Source of the DNA: Vicinamibacterales bacterium
Lineage (GTDB): Bacteria; Acidobacteriota; Vicinamibacteria; Vicinamibacterales; UBA8438
DNA: 64,000 nt
Reading direction: 5' to 3'
NCBI GenBank assembly: GCA_965116825.1
Contig: OZ220736.1
Span: forward strand, 258,452 to 322,451
Shown piece after piece: positions 59,909 to 64,000 of the stretch. A model generated the notes under the pieces. It had not been told where the DNA came from. It ran no database searches and saw only the letters and a program-made list of their open reading frames with translations. The position numbers and the translations under genes were made by a program. The first letter of the stretch is position 1; every line of letters starts with the position of its first letter.

Positions 59909-60285
59909 TGAGCGAGAACGAGGCATCGACGACGACGGCGGCCCCCAACCTGGTCTACTGCCGCTGCACCTACGCCCGGGTGGTGCCGCGCAAGGTGAAG
60001 GACGGCGTCCTCGAGGCGCTGTCGGCCTCCGGCGTAGACTTCGACGCGGTGCCCGACCTGTGCGAGATGTCGGCGCGCCGGGATCCGCGGCTGGCGGAGA
60101 TCGCCGGCGGCAAGGCGGTGACCATCGCCGCCTGCTATCCGCGGGCCGTGCGCTGGCTGTTCTCCTCTGCCGGCTCGCCGCTGGACAAGGAACGGGTCGA
60201 GATTCTCAACATGCGCGAGGAGACGGCCGAGGCCGTGGCTGCCTCGATGCTCACGCCGAACGGCGACGACGGAGGCGACCGATGA
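59908..60285 (+). CDS. Small Cys-containing protein of unknown function
   Basis: 125 aa. MSENEASTTTAAPNLVYCRCTYARVVPRKVKDGVLEAL..VPDLCEMSARRD..VTIAACYPRAVRWLF. The start shares one nucleotide with the upstream stop (TGATG). Its stop forms an ATGA overlap with the next gene. No family recognised. Confidence 0.6.
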   Translation: MSENEASTTTAAPNLVYCRCTYARVVPRKVKDGVLEALSASGVDFDAVPDLCEMSARRDPRLAEIAGGKAVTIAACYPRAVRWLFSSAGSPLDKERVEILNMREETAEAVAASMLTPNGDDGGDR

Positions 60286-61169
60286 GCCGCACCAGCACCC
60301 TCTCGCTACCCGTGCTGCGGGTGGCGCTGTACGAAGGCCGCGGCGCGAAGCCGCTGGACGGCGAGCGCCGCTTCGCCCTGATGCAGACGCTGCTCGACAA
60401 GGGCTATCGCGTGACGCGGGTCGGGTCGGGCGCCGCGACCGCCGCCGCGGCCCGCGCCGACGACGGCAACGCGCTGGCCGTGCTCGGCCGCTTCACAGAG
60501 CGCCAGCCGGCCGAGGCGGTCGGGGCCGAGTCCGGGGGCCGGGTCTGGTTCCGCGACATCGGCGACGAGACGCCCGACGGCGTGGCGGCGCTGGTCGAGG
60601 CCATCCGCGCCGAAGGCGAGGTCCACGAGCCGGGCAAGTGGAAGCCGTGGTTTCCGGTCATCGACTTCGATCGCTGCACGAACTGCATGCAGTGCCTGAG
60701 CTTCTGCCTCTTCGACGTCTACGGCGTCTCGAAGGCCGGCCAGATCCAGGTCCAGAACCACGACAACTGCAAGACCGACTGCCCCGCGTGCTCGCGGGTC
60801 TGCCCCGAGGTCGCCATCCTGTTCCCGAAGTACCGCCACGGGCCGATCCACGGCGGCGAGATCCAGGCCGACGACGTGCGCCGCGAGGCGATGAAGGTCG
60901 ACATCTCGGCCCTGCTCGGCGGCGACATCTACGCCGCGCTGCGCGACCGGAGCGCGAAGGCGAAGTCGCGTTTCTCGAAGGAACGCGACGAGGAACGGGC
61001 GCTCAAGGAGCGCCAGAAATGCCTGGTCAAGCTGCAGCAGAATCTCGACATACCGGCCGAGGTGCTGGCGAGCCTGCCTACGCTCGACGAGATCCAGGCC
61101 AAGGCCGAGACCGCCAAGGTCCGGGCGCAGGCCGCCATCGACGCCGCCGCGGCGCGGCAGGAGGGCTGA
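60282..61169 (+). CDS. 2x[4Fe-4S] ferredoxin-domain protein with unassigned N-terminal domain and coiled-coil tail
   Basis: Last 295 aa of the 468-aa track ORF. Cluster motifs CTNCMQCLSFC and CKTDCPACSRVCP. C-terminal charged helical tail KERDEERALKERQKCLVKLQQ..AKAETAKVRAQAAIDAAAARQ. Confidence 0.8.
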   Translation: MSRTSTLSLPVLRVALYEGRGAKPLDGERRFALMQTLLDKGYRVTRVGSGAATAAAARADDGNALAVLGRFTERQPAEAVGAESGGRVWFRDIGDETPDGVAALVEAIRAEGEVHEPGKWKPWFPVIDFDRCTNCMQCLSFCLFDVYGVSKAGQIQVQNHDNCKTDCPACSRVCPEVAILFPKYRHGPIHGGEIQADDVRREAMKVDISALLGGDIYAALRDRSAKAKSRFSKERDEERALKERQKCLVKLQQNLDIPAEVLASLPTLDEIQAKAETAKVRAQAAIDAAAARQEG

Positions 61170-61173
61170 CAAC

Positions 61174-62367
61174 GTGGTGCTGGGATTGGCCAAACGGATG
61201 CTCACCGAGCCGGACCCGCGCGCATTGCGGAAGCTGGTCTGGAACATGGGCGTCAAGGGCGTCCGCTCGGTCCAACGCTACAAGCAGCGGCTGAAGCGGG
61301 GCGAGCACTTCCCGCCGTTCCTGTTCATCTCGGTGATCTCGGGCTGCCAGTTGCGCTGCCAGGGGTGCTGGGTCGACGTCGAGGCGCCGAGCCGGAAGAT
61401 CGAGATCGACGAGCTGAGCCGCATCGTCGGGGACGCCAAGCGGCACGGCAACAGCTACTTCGGCATCCTGGGGGGCGAACCGCTGCTGCACCCGGATCTG
61501 TTCGAGCTGTTCGCCGAGCACCAGGACTGCTACTTCCAGCTCTTCACCAACGGGCATCTGATCGACGACGCGCGGGCGGCCGAGCTGCGCCGGCTCGGGA
61601 ACGTGACGCCGCTGGTCAGCATCGAGGGCACGTCGGTGGTGAGCGACGAGCGCCGCGGCCGGAGCGACGTCCTCGACAAGTCCCTGGCCGGACTCGAAGC
61701 CTGCACCCGGAACCGGCTCGTCACCGGGGTGGCCACCAGCGTCTGCAAGACCAACATCGACGATCTGGTCCAGGAATCGTGGCTGCGCCGGCTCATCGAG
61801 ATGGGCGTGCACTATGCTTGGTTCCACACCTACCGGGTCATCGGACCGAAGCCGGCGGAAGAGATCGCCCTGACGCCGGAGGAGGTGCTTCGCGTGCGCC
61901 GGTTCATCGTCCGCATGCGGGCGCGGTTGCCGATCGCCATCGTCGACGCCTACTGGGACGACGAGGGGCAGGCGCTGTGCCCGATGGCGACCGGGGCGAG
62001 CCACCACATCAGTCCGTACGGCGACATCGAGCCGTGCCCGATCATCCAGTTCGCGACCGAAACGGTCTATGATCGGCCGAGCGTCTACGAGACCATGACG
62101 AATTCGTCGTTCCTCAAGGACTTCCGCGAGACTGCGGCACGGACCACGCGCGGCTGCATCGTGCTGGAACGGCCCGATCTGGTGCGCGAGCTCGTGGAGC
62201 GGCACGGGGCGCGGGACACGACGCAGCGGCAGACGGCGTCCGCGGAGCTGGCGCAGCTCACCGGCCGCAGCAGCCAGCACAACCCCGGAAACGAGATCCC
62301 GGAGGAGCACTGGGCCTACGCCTTCGCGAAGAAGCACTGGTTCTTCGGGTTCGGCGCGTACAGCTAG
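61174..62367 (+). CDS. Radical SAM enzyme, subfamily unassigned
   Basis: 397-aa ORF, 4 nt after the ferredoxin gene. CX3CX2C in ISVISGCQLRCQGCWV. GGEPLLHPD glycine-rich SAM motif. Additional C-terminal cysteines (QALCPMATG..DIEPCPIIQF..RGCIV). Confidence 0.85.
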   Translation: MVLGLAKRMLTEPDPRALRKLVWNMGVKGVRSVQRYKQRLKRGEHFPPFLFISVISGCQLRCQGCWVDVEAPSRKIEIDELSRIVGDAKRHGNSYFGILGGEPLLHPDLFELFAEHQDCYFQLFTNGHLIDDARAAELRRLGNVTPLVSIEGTSVVSDERRGRSDVLDKSLAGLEACTRNRLVTGVATSVCKTNIDDLVQESWLRRLIEMGVHYAWFHTYRVIGPKPAEEIALTPEEVLRVRRFIVRMRARLPIAIVDAYWDDEGQALCPMATGASHHISPYGDIEPCPIIQFATETVYDRPSVYETMTNSSFLKDFRETAARTTRGCIVLERPDLVRELVERHGARDTTQRQTASAELAQLTGRSSQHNPGNEIPEEHWAYAFAKKHWFFGFGAYS

Positions 62368-62415
62368 GAGCCTGCGCCGCGGAACCGGCCTCCGATCGAG
62401 CGAGTCGCCAAGCAA

Positions 62416-62441
62416 GAACGCTGGATCTCACAAACGCTGGA
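62416..62441. repeat. Direct repeat AACGCTGGAT x2 (16-bp phasing) in the only sizeable gap of the operon
   Basis: aacgctggat at 62416-62425 and 62432-62441, within the comparatively AT-rich 92-nt spacer between the radical SAM gene and the DUF116-polyprenyl synthase gene. Confidence 0.6.
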
Positions 62442-62459
62442 TATCAACGGAAGACGCCT

Positions 62460-64000
62460 GTGAGTTATCAACTACCGGTCGTTTCGCTCCCGCGCGCGGT
62501 GCCGCCGACGGTCATGCGGCCGCCGCAGGAGAACATTCCGCAGACCCGCGCGGAGCGCGAGGTGATGCTGCGGCAGGTCCAGGACTACGTCGCGGCGCGC
62601 CGCAGCGAGATCACGCCGCCGCTGGTCATGGGCGAGTTGCAGGCGCGGTCCGACGAGCTCCTGCGCGGCCACGGCATCGACAGCAGGTATCGCGACTACG
62701 TGGGCGTGATCCTCGGCAACGAGGTGTGGCGCGAGCACCTGGCCGCCGTCCCGTACGACAAGCGCCTGCTGCTGCTGCCCAAGTGCCTGCGGGTCGAGGA
62801 CCGTTGCCCCGCCCCGTTCGACGAGTTCGGCCTGCTTTGCAAGCAGTGCGGCCTGTGCACGATCCAGGACCTGCAGGAAGAAGCGGAGAAGCTCGGCTAC
62901 GCGGTGCTCGTCGCCGAGGGCTCGGCCCTCGTGATGGCGCTGATCCAGACCGGCAAGATCGAGGCGATCGTCGGCGTGAGCTGCCTCTCCGTTCTCGAAC
63001 GGGCCTTCCCGTACATGGAGGCGGCGGCGATCCCCGGCGTGGCGATCCCCCTGCTGCAGGACGACTGCAAGGACACCGGGGTCGACGTCGAGTGGGTCTG
63101 GGATTTCATTCACGCGACCAGCGACGACCGCACCCGGCGGCTGGACCTCGACGCGCTGCGGCAGGACGTCGAGAGCTGGTTCACGCCCGACGCACTCGAC
63201 GGCGTGTTCGGCGGGCCGCCGGCCGGCGAGACGGAAACGCTCGCGCGCGCCGAGCTGACCCGGGCGGGCAAGCGCTGGCGGCCGTTCCTCAGCGTATGCG
63301 TCTACCAGGCGCTGCAGGACGACCCGCACGCGGCGCCCCCGGACGCGCTGCGCAAGGTCGCGGTGGCGGTGGAGTGCTTCCACAAGGCGTCGCTGGTCCA
63401 CGACGACATCGAGGACGGCGACGCCCGCCGCTACGGCGAGCCGACGCTGCACGCCTCGCACGGCATTCCGGCGGCGCTGAACGCCGGCGACTACCTGATC
63501 GGCGAGGGTTACCGGCTGCTCGCGGAGAGCGACTTCGCACCCGAGATCCGGGCGCAGATGACGGCCATCGCAGCGCGCGGCCATCGGACGCTCTGCCTCG
63601 GCCAGGGCGAGGAGCTGGCCTGGGCGCGCAACCCGCGGCCGCTCACTTCGCAGCAGGTGCTGCAGATCTTCCGGCAGAAGACCGCGCCCGCGTTCGGCGT
63701 GGCGCTCGAGTTGGGGGCGGCCTGCGCCCGCGCCGACACGGAGGTCTTCGAGAAGCTGCGGGCGTACAGCGACGCACTGGGCATCGCGTACCAGATCCGG
63801 GACGACGTCGACGACTTCGAGCCTTCCGCGGATGCGCCGGACGACGTGACGGCGCTCCGCCCGTCGCTGCCGCTCGCCGTCGGCTACGAGCAGGCCAAGT
63901 CCGAGGCCGACGCCCGGTCCACCCTCGAGGCGGCGTGGCGCCGCGAGCGGGCCGTCGACGGCCGGTCGGGCGAGGTGCGCGAGCTGCTCGGCCGATTCGA
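62460..64000 (+). CDS. DUF116 (Cys-rich) domain fused to trans-polyprenyl diphosphate synthase; C-terminus beyond window
   Basis: Own translation (not in the track because no stop lies inside the window). N-terminal half ..DKRLLLLPKCLRVEDRCPAPFDEFGLLCKQCGLCTIQDL..AVLVAEGSALVMALIQTGKIEAIVGVSCLSVLERAF.. matches my memory of DUF116. C-terminal half has FARM (SLVHDDIEDGDARRYG) and SARM (AYQIRDDVDD) motifs. Start uncertain: TTG 62460 with GGAAG upstream, GTG 62499 or ATG 62514. Confidence 0.8.
   Translation, partial: MSYQLPVVSLPRAVPPTVMRPPQENIPQTRAEREVMLRQVQDYVAARRSEITPPLVMGELQARSDELLRGHGIDSRYRDYVGVILGNEVWREHLAAVPYDKRLLLLPKCLRVEDRCPAPFDEFGLLCKQCGLCTIQDLQEEAEKLGYAVLVAEGSALVMALIQTGKIEAIVGVSCLSVLERAFPYMEAAAIPGVAIPLLQDDCKDTGVDVEWVWDFIHATSDDRTRRLDLDALRQDVESWFTPDALDGVFGGPPAGETETLARAELTRAGKRWRPFLSVCVYQALQDDPHAAPPDALRKVAVAVECFHKASLVHDDIEDGDARRYGEPTLHASHGIPAALNAGDYLIGEGYRLLAESDFAPEIRAQMTAIAARGHRTLCLGQGEELAWARNPRPLTSQQVLQIFRQKTAPAFGVALELGAACARADTEVFEKLRAYSDALGIAYQIRDDVDDFEPSADAPDDVTALRPSLPLAVGYEQAKSEADARSTLEAAWRRERAVDGRSGEVRELLGRF

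Noticed and set aside
62472-63584. 370-aa minus-strand ORF, the only track ORF covering the right end of the window
   Set aside because: The plus strand here encodes a clear DUF116-polyprenyl synthase with both DDxxD motifs. That frame is missing from the track only because it has no stop inside the window.

Overview
Very GC-rich bacterial chromosomal segment. I recognised no rRNA, tRNA, CRISPR array, transposase or integrase. GC-rich DNA generates many long antisense and 5'-extended ORFs in the track. After discarding those, I resolve about 50 protein-coding genes, with start codons chosen from in-frame ATG/GTG, Shine-Dalgarno context and stop/start overlaps.

Content from left to right:
- Housekeeping and periplasmic enzymes: an M16 peptidase pair, YjbQ, an acyl-CoA dehydrogenase / FMN reductase / CoA-transferase operon, OsmC, PhoX plus HupE, two PQQ-like beta-propeller proteins, a thioredoxin-like protein, and an M28-PDZ peptidase.
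- A large Lhr helicase.
- A signalling block: a class-II Fic protein translationally coupled to a hybrid histidine kinase with HPt, followed by REC-RsbW-like kinase, REC-PP2C phosphatase and a STAS protein. An AlbA_2/HATPase_c_4 regulator-like gene lies divergent to Fic.
- A DUF349 protein, two cyclophilins, and an ACP-FAAL-PlsC tri-domain lipid enzyme.
- An ADH / methyltransferase / GNAT operon, a second AlbA_2 paralogue, a PLP transsulfuration enzyme, a MATE pump and a Nudix hydrolase.
- Type IIA topoisomerase A and B subunits, separated by an alanine:cation symporter.
- A patchy lower-GC stretch with an orphan SWIM-HTH protein and the decayed remains of an AAA-ATPase/DUF4276 pair.

The most interesting part is the last ~8 kb (56.3-64.0 kb). 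It is a tightly overlapping operon combining an LplA-like ligase, a cysteine desulfurase, a GcvH-like lipoyl carrier, a G3E metallochaperone GTPase, a small Cys protein, a 2x[4Fe-4S] protein, a radical SAM enzyme and a DUF116::polyprenyl-synthase fusion. No classical lipoate-dependent complex is nearby. I cannot assign it to a described pathway.

Two genes (a PQQ propeller and the MATE pump) are each broken by what looks like a single missing nucleotide. These may be assembly errors or real pseudogenes.
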